Source: Chrysemys picta bellii (Eukaryota). From it: DNA of 64,000 nt. Made by a program: the position numbers and the translations under genes. This document shows positions 33,880-46,067 of this stretch, piece by piece (position 1 is the stretch's first letter; each line of letters starts with the position of its first letter). The DNA is taken from contig NC_088792.1 of NCBI RefSeq assembly GCF_011386835.1, positions 289,478,001 through 289,542,000 on the forward strand. The letters run 5' to 3'. The notes beneath the pieces are model-generated. The model worked only from the letters and a program-made list of their open reading frames with translations. It was not told the origin of the DNA and did no database searches.

Positions 33880-34240
33880 CTTGCGGGGCACAAACCGCAC
33901 CCAGCTGCAAAACGGGAGGGTTGCTATTCGTGACGTCACACCTGTCCGCTCCGCCCCTAGCCCGACCGACACGCTCTCCGGCCAATCGGTGGCTGCGGTT
34001 TCCCAAGGGGGCGGGGAAGAGGCGAGGACCCGGAGGCTGGGGCCCAATCGGCGGCGCCTCGGACCCAATCGCGGCGAAGGGGATTCTGGGGGTTGTAGTC
34101 ACACGGGGCTGCTTCTGCCCATGCCAAGCCTGAGTCCCCGCCCCGTGCAATGCCCAGGGCCCCTCAGAGCCCCGCCCACAGCCGGGCTCCTCGCGCTCGG
34201 TTTCGATTTCCCGCAACTGGGCGAGCGGGCCGGCGTCCGC
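33880..34240. promoter_or_regulatory. Orphan CpG-island promoter (CRE, 3 CCAAT boxes, GC boxes, ISRE-like/E2F); candidate promoter of the ZNFX1-like gene
   Basis: TGACGTCA at 33931-33938; CCAAT at 33982, 34044 and 34065; GC boxes; GGTTTCGATTTCC at 34200-34212 overlapping TTTCCCGC. The target gene is inferred. Confidence 0.6.
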
Positions 34241-34465
34241 GGGGTCCTAGCGCCCGGATCCGTCCCCGCCCGCCCGGCGCCCGCGGGGTCCTAGCACCGC
34301 CCTGTCCCCTGCTGTCCGGCACCTGCGGGGTCCTAGCGCCCCCTATCCCCTACTCATCTGGCGCCCGCGGGGTCCTAGCGCCGCCCTGTCCCCTGCTGGC
34401 CGGCACCTGCGGGGTCCTAGCGCCCCCTATCCCCTGCCGGCCGGCACCTGCGGGGTCCTAGCACC
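34238..34465. repeat. About 42-bp minisatellite, 6 copies, alternating A/B units
   Basis: ggggtcctag recurs at 34241, 34285, 34327, 34369, 34411 and 34452. Confidence 0.9.
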
Positions 34466-35960
34466 CTGTTCCCGGCCCCGTGCTCCACACAGCCCCTCTC
34501 CCGGGAGACCCGTGCAGCTGCGCTGGTCCAGGGTGGACGCCGGCTGGGGCACTGCAGAGAGGGACGGGGCTGTGGGGCTGCAGGGGGCTCAGAGGGCCCA
34601 GCAGGCTTGGGGCCTGAGGCTGCCCTGCTCCACAGCACCTGCTGGCAGCGGCTGCTTCAGTGCCACCGGGGAAGGCCTGGCCGTGACCTGCTGTGAGGCA
34701 GCTCCCCGTGCCGGCACCACGCTGCCTCCTCTTCCAGACTCTGCCCCAGGCATGCCAGGCCCATGCCTCAGTTTCCCCTCCTGTCCCATGTCTCTCTTGT
34801 CTCAAGCAGTGAGCTCTGTGGGGCAGGGACTGACTCCCCTGGTGTCTGTGCACAGTGGGGCCCTGGTCGGGGTTGTGGCCTCTAGGTGCTACTGCAACAG
34901 GGAACCCCCCACGCCCTGGGGATGAGCTGGGCAGCTCAGTCCTGTCACAGCTACTGGCGCAGGCTGGCTCCGCCACATTCCCCAGGTCTGCTGGGGTGCT
35001 GTAAAACCAGGGCTTTGAGTCCACAGTCGTTAATGGCTGATGCCAGCAGGAGCAAAAACTGAACTGCAGCCCGACGGGGCAGGGACAGAGCCCAGTTCTG
35101 CTCAGCCACCGAGTTCCCTGCCTTTGTGCCGTACCCAGCGCCATGGCCCTGCACCGCCACAGCTGCTACCTCTACTTTCACTTTCCCTCTCGCTTTCAAA
35201 ACAAGGGACGTAAACGGGAAAAGCCTCATCCCCGAAGCCAGCCCGACCCTAGAGCGAGTTCAGGGAGGATTGTCACCGCGCCAAGTCCAGCAGTGGCCAG
35301 GTTAGGGCTCCTCCCGCAGTGCTAACACGGCAGCACGCGCTGCTGGTAAATGCACATTGTGTCTGTTCACTTCATTTCACTGTTGTGGAGACGGGCCCTG
35401 GACCCTGGGGCCCTCCCTTTAGAGAAATTATAGACACGACTAGAGTTGGACCAAGAGCCACAGACCATCCCACGGGAAGCTCCCGACTCCGTCCTGCTAG
35501 GGGCAGAGAAATCTGGGAAGCAACAAGTCTAGGCTGAGGTAAAGGCATTTGCCTGACTCAAGGACCCCCCTGAGGGGGTGGCCAGATTTCTCCTGCATTA
35601 AAATAGCCCGAAGTCACTTAAACACTAGCCCCAAAGTAACCCAAGCTGTTTATTGAAACAAACTTTTGTTATTAACACTTTGGTCTGTACATGGAAGAAC
35701 AAACAGGAGCTTTCACTAGAAACCTAGCACAGATTTGATATTTTTTTAAAGCTACAGGCCTCCAGCAGGAGTTTGTCTACATTAGCAACAAAGCTATGAG
35801 ATGACAATCGCATTCCAAACCAACCCCCTGACACTGTTATTTGTATCCTGGTTGAGGGTTGGCAGATGGTTCAAACAAAACAGGACGAATTAAGTTGGCA
35901 GGCCCCGAACCCGAAACCGCTTTAAACTCACTTCCTAGGTATTGTATGCAGCGGTGTCTC

Positions 35961-37045
35961 TGTGACGTTATTGACATGAACTGGGACCGTATAGAGCATT
36001 GTTGCAACCAAGGTCATATAGTGGCACCAAATCTTGTACAAAGGAGGTGAAGTGAGGTGTCTAAGACAAGGTTATGATTTGCTGGTCATGATTATACTAT
36101 CTGTATGCAGGTATCATGTTTGTACTTAAAGTTATAAGTATTGGCTCTATCCTGTCTGTAGTTCAAATTGTGCTGTGCTTCTGGGTGACACCCCAGACAA
36201 TGTGACATCAGCTCTGCCTAGCCTGCTTGATGGCCCATTAAGGACCATCAGCTACAACTGACCCACTGAGAGACGGCAAATACGCCTTGTGACTCAGCAA
36301 GGCAGGGACAGGCCTATGGACAGAACTCGGAGGTTTTTCCAGGCCATGTGCTCGGTGGCTTGTGGTTGGAACAAAGGAAGCACAAGCCACATGGCAAAAG
36401 TACTATAAAAGGCAGCTGCATCTTCTCCATCTTGTCTTCAATCCTGCTTCTTACCTCTGGAGGGACTTTGCTACAAACTGAAGCTCTACACAAAGGACTG
36501 AGGACCCATCCCAGCTGGGGATGTTCCAGAGACTTGATTTGAACCTGCAGTTTATTCCATCACTGCTACAAGCCTGAACCAAGAACTTTGCCATTACTGG
36601 ATGTAATTAATTCCATTTAACCAAGTCTAGCTCTCATCTCTATTTCTTTCTTTTTATGAATTAACCTTTAGATTTTAGATTCTAAAGGATTGGCAACCGC
36701 GTGATTTGTGGGTAAGATCTGATTTGTATTGACCTGGGTGTGGGGCTTGGTCCTTTGGGATCAGTAGAACCTCTTCTTTCTTTTACTAGCGTATTGGTTT
36801 TCATAACCAGTCATGCCCATAACGAGAGGCACTGGTGGTGATACTGGGAAACTGGAGCGTCTAAGGGAATTGCTTGTGTGACTTGTGGTTAGCCAGTGGG
36901 GTGAGACCGAAGTCCTCTCTGTCTGGCTGGTTTGGTGCCTTAGAAGTGGAGAAACCCCAGCCTTGGGCTGTGACTGCCCTGCTCTAAGCAATTTGTCCTG
37001 AAATGAGACTCTCAGTTGTGTCCCGCCAGAGGCAGCATCGTTACA
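35961..37045 (+). mobile_element. Solo LTR (1085 bp)
   Basis: TG…CA termini (tgtgacg…cgttaca) and a 5-bp TSD GTCTC (35956-35960 and 37046-37050). TATAAAA at 36404; the poly(A) signal is degenerate (AATTAA at 36659). Confidence 0.9.
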
Positions 37046-37359
37046 GTCTCTACTTCCTTTCCGCCTGGCTCTGAGTGGCTCAGAAGCACAGGAATCAGTG
37101 AGAAATGTGATTTAACCCCACGCTCCAAAAGCTTTCTTGTCAAAAGCATGATCCTTTCCCCTCCCCTTCCTCCAACCTCTCGAGTACTGCATGTCTATGA
37201 AGATCACGTATTTAATATTCAGCTGAAACCTCTCCTCCATCAAAAGAAAGTAGAATGAAGGGCTGCAGCAACCCCATATTCAGTCAAAAATTTGTATATG
37301 ATAGCTAACCCATTGAGCCCTGTCCACGGTATCCCTACAATTCCCTACAATGGACATAT

Positions 37360-39136
37360 TGCTAAGAACAAGTTAAAAATTACTTAAGACAAGTTAGATG
37401 TCTGCAAGTCTCCAGGGCCTGATGAAATGCATTCTAGAATACTCAAGGAGCTGACTGAGGAGATATCTGAGCCATTAGCGATTATCTTCGACAAGTCCTG
37501 GAAGACAGGAGAGATTCCAGAAGACTGGAAAAGGGCAAATCTAGTGCTAATCTATAAAAAGGGGAATAAGGACAACCCGGGGAATTACAGACCAGTCATC
37601 TTAACTTCAATACCTGGAAAGATACTGGAGCAAATAATTAAGCAATCAATGTGCAAACACCTAGAAGATAATAAGATGATAAGTAACAGTCAGCATGGAT
37701 TTGTCAAGAACAACGTGTCAAACCAACCTGATAGTTTTCTGTGACAGGGTAACAAGCCTTGTGGATGGGGGGAAGTGGTAGACGTGGTGTATCTTGACTT
37801 TAGTGAGGCTTTTGATACTGTCTCGCATGAGCTTCTCATACACAAACTAGGGAAATGCAACCTAGATGGAGCTGCTATAAGGTGGATGCAAAACTGGTTG
37901 GAAAACTGTTTCCAGAGAGTAGTTATCAGTGGTTCACAGTCATGCTGGAAGGGCATAACGAGTGGGGTCCTGCAGGGATCGGTTCTGGGTCTGGTTCTGT
38001 TCAATATCTTCATCAGTGATTTAGCTAATGGCACAGAGAGTACACTTCTAAAGTTTGCGGACAATACCAAGCTGGGAGGGGTTGCAAGTGCTTTGGAGGA
38101 TAGGATTAAAATTCAAAATGATCTGGACAAACTGGAGAAATGGTCTGAAGTCAATAGGATGAAATCCAATAAGGACAAATGTAAAGTGCTCCACTTAGAA
38201 ATGAACAATGAGTTGCACACATACAGAATGGGAAATGACTGCCTAGGAAGGAGTACCACGGAAAGAGATCTGGGGGGGTCACAGTGGATCACAAGCTAAA
38301 TATGAGTCAACATATTTGCAAAAAAACCAAACCTCATTCTGGGCTGTATTAGCAGGAGTGTTGTGAGCAAGACATGTGAAGTCATTCTTCTGCTCTACTC
38401 CGCGCTGATTAGACCTCAGCTGGAGTATTGTGTCCTGTTCTGGGCGCCGCATTTCAGGAAGGATGTGGACAAATTGGAGAGAATCTAGCAAAGAGGGAGG
38501 AGGGATAGCTCAGTGGTTTGAGCATTGGCCTGTTAAACCCAGGGTTGTGAGCTCAATCCTTGAGGGGGCCACTTGGGGATCTGGGGCAAAATCAGTACTT
38601 GGTCCTGCCTAGTGAAGGCAGGGGGCTGGACTTGATGAAGTTTCAAGGTCCCTTCCAGTTCTAGGAGATGGGATATCTCCATTAATTATTATTATTAACA
38701 AAAATGATGAAAGGTCTAGAAAACATGACCTATGAGATTAAAAATATTGGGTTTGTTTAGGCTGGAGAAGAGAAGACTGAGGGGAACATAACAGTTTTCA
38801 AGTACATAAAAGGTTGTTACTAGGAGGAGGGAGAAAAATTGCTCTCCTTAACCCCTGAGGACAGGACAAGAAGCAATAGGCTTAAATTGCAGCAAGGGAG
38901 GTTTAGGTTGGACATTAGGAAAACTTCCTAGCTGTCAGGGTGGTTAAGCACTGGAATAAATTGCCTAGGGAGGTTGTGGAATCTCCATCACTGGAGACTT
39001 TTAAGAGCAGGTTGGACAAACACCTGTCAGGGATGGGCTAGACAATACTTAGTCCTGCCATGAGTGCAGGGGACTGGACTAGACGACCTCTCGAGGTCCC
39101 TGCCAGTCCTATAGTTCCCTGATTCTATGATTCTAC
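37360..39136 (+). mobile_element. 5'-truncated CR1 LINE (ORF2 RT to 3' end), interrupted by a SINE
   Basis: ORFs 37427-37744 and 37775-38299 contain EPLAIIFDKSWKTGEIPEDWKRAN, VDVVYLDFSEAFDTVSH and KFADNTKLGG. Ends in a tgattctatgattcta tail. Confidence 0.95.
38495..38697 (+). mobile_element. Tortoise-type Pol III SINE (tRNA-derived head, CR1-like tail)
   Basis: gggatagctcagtggtttgagcattggcc…gttgtgagctcaatccttgagggggcc head, followed by …ggtcccttccagttctag tail and (att)n. Confidence 0.92.
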
Positions 39137-41377
39137 CCACACCATGATCACTAACATAGTGGAGGAGAGCTAGAAAGAGTTGTTGCATTCATACGGGGAA
39201 GAGGACAACTCCCTTCTTTGTGATAAATTTGTTAGAAAATGTGAAGAGTCTCTCCCTCCGGTGACAAGTATGTTTAACAGGCTCGCTTTTGTTTCCCTCA
39301 CCCAAATCACCCAAGTTTTATATGACAAATATTCCAACTGGTCAATTGCTTCTGGTTCCACTCGCCATTGGGAAAGGAAGTGCAGACGCACTGACCCAGG
39401 GATATGGTACACACCTAGGAGATGTTTGGTTGCTGCCCCAAATATACACTACATCCTGGTATAGCTACTGACTCTAACAAAGGACACCAACTCTCTCAGT
39501 TTCGATTCCTGACGTGCTCTCTCCGTTTCGATTCAATGACTCGTCGTGTGGCCCTGCCACATTGACTTAGAGACAACACTGTACAGGTGGTTGTTACACC
39601 TAAGATGTGTACAACTGAAAGACATTAACAAAAAAGTGTCTGTTTTTCTTTTTCAGTTTGTTTAATGCATTGGACTGTACGTTGTGTAGCGGTGGTGTCT
39701 GTGTATACAGCACCTGTACATTCATTTCGACCTTGCTGGAGAGACCATTATGGACATTAAACAAAGCAGAAATACCCTTGTAGAAAACCTGTGGAAAAAT
39801 TCCGAACATTCTGCACTGTCAAAAACTGGAATGATTTTCTGTGAAAAGACAAGAAATGTCCTGTATCACTGTTTCAGTAATCCCATCTGTAAAATGGACG
39901 TCTCCTTTAGCGGAGGGATGGAAAACGTAGCGTCTGTAAAGCACTCTGAGCTCTGGAGCGAAACTGAGCTAATTCCCTGACGTTCCCGGCAAGTGGACAC
40001 CAGCACTACACAGCTCAGCAAGTGGGAACCGAATCTCCACCAAAAGCCCCGACAAAGCGCAAACAATAACAACTCCGCCCCCTGCACAGCCCTGGGTGCC
40101 GTTCTGAACTGGGGAGAGTCTCCTGGGGGTTCGGAAAAGGGCAGGGCCAGCCAATAAGGCTGTAATGTATTATTGAATAGTCCCGTACAGATAGTAGCAA
40201 TGGCCATCTGTGGGAAGAACAGCGTCTCTTGCACTAAGATACTGAACACTTAAGGCCAAGTGTGGCTGTGAGACACGTGTCTCCAACTCCCAAAGTCATG
40301 AGCCAGGGAAGAATTTGGCTCTTAGCGCCAGGAAGGACATCTCAGAGCCAGCCCTGGGGCTCGCGGAGGCACAAGATGGCCATATTGCAGGGGACGGCTG
40401 GGTTAACGGAGATCCCCATGGTCCTTTTCCCACAGACCTGCTCCCGGGTCAGCACAGAGCAGGGGGGCCATGGGCCACAGGATCCCCACAGGGAGGCCAA
40501 GCCAGTGCTCCTCTGTTTGTAGCAAAGGCCATCGAAAGCAGAGAGGGGAGCGGTGAGGTGACCCCGGTTGCCCCCACATGCACCCGCAGAGCCCGGTCCC
40601 CACCCGCTCTCCTCAGCCAGGCCGTTCGGTCCCGGGACACAGACACGGAGCCCCCCAGGGGGAGAGGCTGCGACTCAGGACCTGCACTTCCAGCTTGTGT
40701 CCCACCAGGGAGCAGCGGAGCCGGCGAGTGCCACCTGCGCTCAGCATGGCCAACGGCTCACGGCTCTCCCTGCGGCCGGAAATCTCGCCTCAGCCGGAAC
40801 AGCCCGGCCCCCTCGGGAGAGACCCTGACACAGCATCGCTGTGACAGCAATGACCCCTCGCCCCCGCCAACCGGGCCCTGGCATCCACGTGTGCCGGGCC
40901 ACCGCCCCCAGGGCTTGGGGCCCAGGGGTTTGAATTACAGCTAGTTCTGTTTTTGTCATTGAATTAAATCTAAGCAGCCCAAATGCAGCCAATTATGAGC
41001 AAACTAGTCCCAAATCCCACAACCCGCGACGCCGGCTCAGAAAACACCGCCCTGGGCACTGCAGACTTGGCAACACGTCCACTCAAGCGCCTGGTGCGAC
41101 CAGCTTCCTCAGCCGGACATGGGTCAGCAAATGGTCCCCACCCCGCCCGTCCCTCTCACACCCCCACTCCAGGGCAGTGCTGCTGCTCACTGGAGGGAGC
41201 TGGGCGTGGGCGGCCCCCACCCCCTTGCCATGCCATCGCCTTTGGTTCCTGACCAATCCGTACCAGCTCCTCCACCTGGGCATGGGGAGACCGGCTGGCC
41301 TGGTGCAGACGCCCAACCCAGCCGTGAGGCTAGATCCTGTTCACGACGTGGAGCCCAAGGCCCGGACGGTGACCTGT

Positions 41378-42588
41378 TGTGACGTTAGGAGTGTGATATA
41401 ATATCTCATTGGAAGGTGACAGGGCCAGAAAGAGTTAATTAACTCACAGACTGACCTGACCCATGGCTGAACTTTAGAAACCGGTTAGGAAGATCTGTAA
41501 ATGAATAGAGCTTTGAAATGCAGCCGGCATTGTTAGAGGTAGAAGGGGAGGTGTTTGCTCAGGTCTTGTTAGGTAAGCAAACAAGTCTGGTCTATTGCTA
41601 TAGCTTTGATTCAAAGATCAAAAAAGGAATATTAACATGTAGGAAGACACTTGAGGGAAATAGTATTATTGTCTCTATGTCTCTTTGAAGGTTGTGGTAC
41701 CTGTATCTGAACTGTGTAATGGATAAATTACCCTGTGCTAATTGCCAGGATGTTTGGGAGAAGGAGAATTAAGCCTATTGTTTTCTCAGGCCGAAAGTCT
41801 GCTGGAAATGTATAAAAACCCTGGGACACGATCCTGCTTCATCTCAGATCTGCTTTGGGTTTCAAGAGGGGGAAACCGTAAGCCACAAGGATTGAGATCC
41901 CCAGTCACTGACTGGAGCCACCCTGAATATGGACATTGGACTATAACCTCTGGACTATTTCTAAAAGGACTTTTGGCAACTACAAGCTCATCTCTGCTAT
42001 GCATCTGAACCTCAAGAATTGAATTCAAGTCTGTCTGTATATTGATCTTTTAACCAACACTCTCTCTCTTTTCTTTTTTAATAAATTTTAGTTTAGTTAA
42101 TAAGAATTGGCTCTAAGCGTGTATTTTGGGTCAGATCTAAGTTATAATTGGACCTGGGTCTGATCCTTTGGGGTTGGAAGAACCTTTTCTTTTATATGAT
42201 GAAATAAGATTTTCAGTAATCAGCATCATACCTGATGTGTGTGTCTGGATGGAGGCCTGAGGCTTGGCACTTTAAGGGAACTGTGTTGTTTGAACTTCTA
42301 AAATAAATTAAAGGAGATATCCTATCTCCTAGAACTGGAAGGGACCTAGAAAGGTCATCAAGTCCAGCCCCCTGCCTTCACTAGCAGGACCAAGTACTGA
42401 TTTTGCCCCAGATCCCCAAGTGGCCCCCTCAAAGATTGAACTCACAACCCTGGGTTTAGCAGGCCAATGCTCAAACCACTGAGCTATCTCTCCCCCCCAC
42501 TAAGTAACCTGTTTTATCTGCCCCCATTATTTTGCAATTCACCCTAATTGAGTGACCTCAGCCGGCTCCCACGGGCAGCACCATCACA
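41378..42588 (+). mobile_element. Solo LTR with a nested SINE
   Basis: Termini tgtgacg…catcaca and a 5-bp TSD CCTGT (41373-41377 and 42589-42593). TATAAAAA at 41811 and AATAAA at 42080. Confidence 0.88.
42302..42497 (-). mobile_element. Tortoise-type Pol III SINE inserted in the LTR
   Basis: Near-identical reverse complement of the SINE at 38495-38697. Confidence 0.92.
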
Positions 42589-42725
42589 CCTGTATTAGGA
42601 CCCAGAGGGCACCAGAGCAGGAAAGATAAGTTTCTATTTCTCTGCTCAGCCACTTAGTCTCTCGGCAGAGCAGACAGAGGCAGCATCTGGGTGGGACCTA
42701 GTGCTGCCAACAGTCTCTTATTACA

Positions 42726-42890
42726 AGGGACCCGGCCCGGCTCAGCACCGGCCCTGGCCGCCCACAGCTCAGCGCCCTGGACAGGACCCGGACCGGCTCA
42801 GCACCGGACCTGGCCGCCCACAGCTCAGCGCCCTGGACAGGACCCGGCCCGGCTCAGCACCGGACCTGGCCGCCCACAGCTCAGCACGGG
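42726..42890. repeat. 56-bp minisatellite, 3 copies
   Basis: gacccgg(c/a)ccggctcagcaccgg…cacagctcagc at period 56. Confidence 0.9.
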
Positions 42891-44304
42891 GGAGGTACCA
42901 GAGGCAGGGGCACAGTGACAGACGTGCCAGGTATGCAGAGGGGAGCTAAGCTAGAGGGCTCAGGGACTCTGCTAACGGGACTCTCCATCCAGGAGACACA
43001 CCAGGGCAGGGGGACAGAGTGGAAAATGTGGCTGTAAAACCACAGAAATTGGCAGGAGGCTCAGGCACAGAGGCTGGCAGGTGCACGGGGGGGGGGGCCT
43101 CAGGAACGGAGGCGGGCGGGCGGCACAAGCTGCTGGGGGTGTGGATAAGGGCGGGTGACACTGGGGGCTGGGAGGGGGTGGATGCAGGCAGGTGGCACCG
43201 GGGACTGAGAGGTGGATGCAGACTGGTGGCCCTGGGGAATCAATCAGGGATGGAGGCAGACAGGTGGTGCCATCGGGGGCTGCGGGATCAGGGATTGAGA
43301 TGGGCAGATGGCCCCGGCAGCTGGGGACTCGGGGGTGGAGGTGGGCAGGTGGCCCCGGGGCCTCGGGGGTGGAGGTGGGCAGGTGGCCCCGGGGGCCGGG
43401 GACTCGGGGATGGAGGTGGGCAGGTGGCCCCGGGAGCCGGGGACAGAGGTGGGCAGGAGGCACCGGGGCAATTGAGGGCAGGGGGAGCTGAGAGCCAGGG
43501 GCTCTGGGGCAGATGTGGGGTAATCCTTCTGGCCCCATTGCCGTGTAGCTCCCCAGGGTGTTCGCTAGGGGTGGGCACATGCCCTAGAGCGTGGCCCCTG
43601 GCAGGGAAACGCTACCCGGGCGGGAGCTGACGCCAGCCTGTGGGCGCCTGGGTACCAGCACTGTGTGCCAGGCAGTGTGGGTAGGACACAATCCAGCCTG
43701 CCCTGCACGGGGAGCAGCTGGACCTAATGGGGTTTTCCCAGCCTCGGCGGCCAGGACTCGGGGACCCCTGCTGGGATTGGGGGGTTCAGGGACCATTCAC
43801 CTGTCGGGGGCTCTGGTCCCCCCAGCCCAGAATCAGGGGTTACGTGGACGCCTCCTCTCGCTGGTCTCACACTCCGGCTGCTGCTTCCCTCCTGCACCGC
43901 CAAGATCCAGCCCTTTCGGTGTGGCCGGCCCCAGAGCCAGGTCCCTGGCCAGCCACCAGGCCCCCGCCTCGCAGCCCCCAGCTCCCCACCTCGCAGCCCC
44001 CAGCCCTCACAGGCTGCAGCCCCATACAGAGCTTCCCTGCAGCCGACGTGGTCTGGTCACCCCATCTGTGCTATCCCAGCCCCTCCACTGCCCCCGGCAG
44101 CTCTGCCCCCCCACATTGCTCACTCAGTGGCACCAGCTGGCACCAGGGTTGGTCAGTCAGGTCTCTGCACGGCTGTGCTGTCTCCACTGCAGGCCCCCGG
44201 CGCCCGGCCCCCCCCCTCTGCCCACACGCAAACACGGCATTAGCTGAACCTCCCCGTGCCAGGCTGTGGCCAAACGCCTCCTGCACCTGCACCCGCTTCC
44301 GTGC

Positions 44305-44680
44305 AGCCCCCCCCATCCATCTGTCTGTCTGCCCTGGCAGCCCCCCCCCATCCGTCTGTCTGTCTGTCCTGGCAGCCCCCCCCCACATCCATCTGTCTGT
44401 CTGCCCTGGCAGTCCTCCCCCACATCCGTCTGTCTGTCTGCCCTGGCAGCCCCCCCCCACGGCCGTCTCTCTGTCTGCCCTGGCAGCCCCCCCCCATGGC
44501 CGTGTGTCTGTCTGCCCTGGCAGTTCCCCTCCCCACATCCATCTGTCTGTCTGCCCTGGCAGCCCCCCCCCATCCGTCTGTCTGTCTGTCCTGGCAGCCC
44601 CCCCCCATCCATCTGTCTGTCTGCCCTGGCAGTCCTCCCCCACATCCATCTGTCTGTCTGCCCTGGTAGCCCCCCCCCAC
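44305..44680. repeat. About 35-bp minisatellite (ccccatccatctgtctgtctgccctggcag), about 10 copies
   Basis: Read directly; it explains the stacked repetitive ORFs at 44071-44991. Confidence 0.9.
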
Positions 44681-44759
44681 CCTTCAGCACGACCTCAAAA
44701 CAGGGCTGTAATCCAGCCAGTCCCAACCCCGTGAGCCTAGCTCACCCCCCCTCCACATC

Positions 44760-45470
44760 CACCCGTACACAGGCAGAAACACACCCATGTGCACACACAC
44801 ACACATCCACACATGTACATGCAGACATGGGCAGACATACACATGCACATGGACACATGCAGAAAAACACCCATGTGCACACACAGACACACATATACAC
44901 AGACACACATGTACATGCAGACACAGGCAGACACACACATGTGCACGCAGCTACACCCCCACACAGATGCACATGTATAAGCACACGCTGATGTGTGGCA
45001 TAAGAACATAAGAACGGCCATACTGGGTCAGACCAAAGGTCCATCTAGCCCAGTATCCTGTCTGCCAACAGTGGCCAATGCCAGGTGCCCCAGAGGGAGT
45101 GAACCTAACAGGTAATGATCAAGTGATCTCTCTCCTGCCATCCATCTCCATCCTCTGACAAACAGAGGCTAGGGACACCATTCCTTACCCATCCTGGCTA
45201 ATAGCCATTAATGGACTTAACCACCATGAATTTATCTAGTTCTCTTTTAAACCCTGTTATAGTCTTAGCCTTCACAACCTCCTTAGGCAAGGAGTTCCAC
45301 AGGTTGACTGTGCACTGTGTGAAGAAGAACTTCCTTTTATTTGTTTTAAACCTGCTGCCCATTGATTTCAGACCCACACATGCACACATACACACAGTCG
45401 CGTGCAGCCGCTCACACCCACACACGTACACATACACACAGTCTCACACCCACACACGTACACACTCCTC
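44760..45470. repeat. (CA)-rich low-complexity tract interrupted by CR1
   Basis: cacacacat-type degenerate repeats on both sides of the CR1 insert. Confidence 0.8.
45000..45367 (-). mobile_element. CR1 3' end
   Basis: Begins cataagaacataagaacggccatactgggtcagacc. The minus-strand ORF contains RFKTNKRKFFFTQCTVNLWNSLPKEVVKAKTITGFKRELDKFM. Confidence 0.92.
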
Positions 45471-46067
45471 CCTCCTGGGAGTGTAACTAAGCTCCCCGCA
45501 GTAAAAGCTTTGGGGAGGTTTCGCTCGCCGCTGACGCCTGCGAACCCTCCCAGCCTAGAGCGGGCGCAGGGGTGCTGGGCGCTGAGCCAGGTACCTGGCC
45601 CCAGGAGACCCCAGGGGAACAGCGGCCCAGACACCTCATCTCACCTGCACCCGGCTGCAGAACTTAGCTCCACCTTAGCTCCGCCCCAGCTACAGCCCCC
45701 AAGCCCCGCCCTGGGGCCTGTATGGGGCGGGCAGCTCCCCGGCAGTGCCAGGCGGAGGGCATGGCCTGCACAGCCGCTGCCCAGTTTGGCTGTGATGCTT
45801 GCAGGGCTGTTGGCCCGAGGTCAAGAACCGGAGGGTTCCCAGGAGTCTGGTCAATGCACCAGCAGCCCCCAGGGAGTCCGCAAAGCCGGGAACCAGGTAT
45901 TGCTCCACTGGTCCAGCCTTGAACCGGACCAGCTCTCGGATGCCCTGACAGGCCGCCGGAAAGGGACTCAGCAAAGCGGGGAGGGGAGAGCCAAAAACTG
46001 CAGCCACCAGGAGACGGAGAGCGGTGGTTCCCCGGACACAGGCGCTGTCTGAGCGAGAGGGGCCGGG

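Noticed and set aside
39170-39471. Three short overlapping ORFs in unique-looking sequence
   Set aside because: No recognisable motif or splice framework; at most a faint LINE-like 'IDQLEYL' resemblance.
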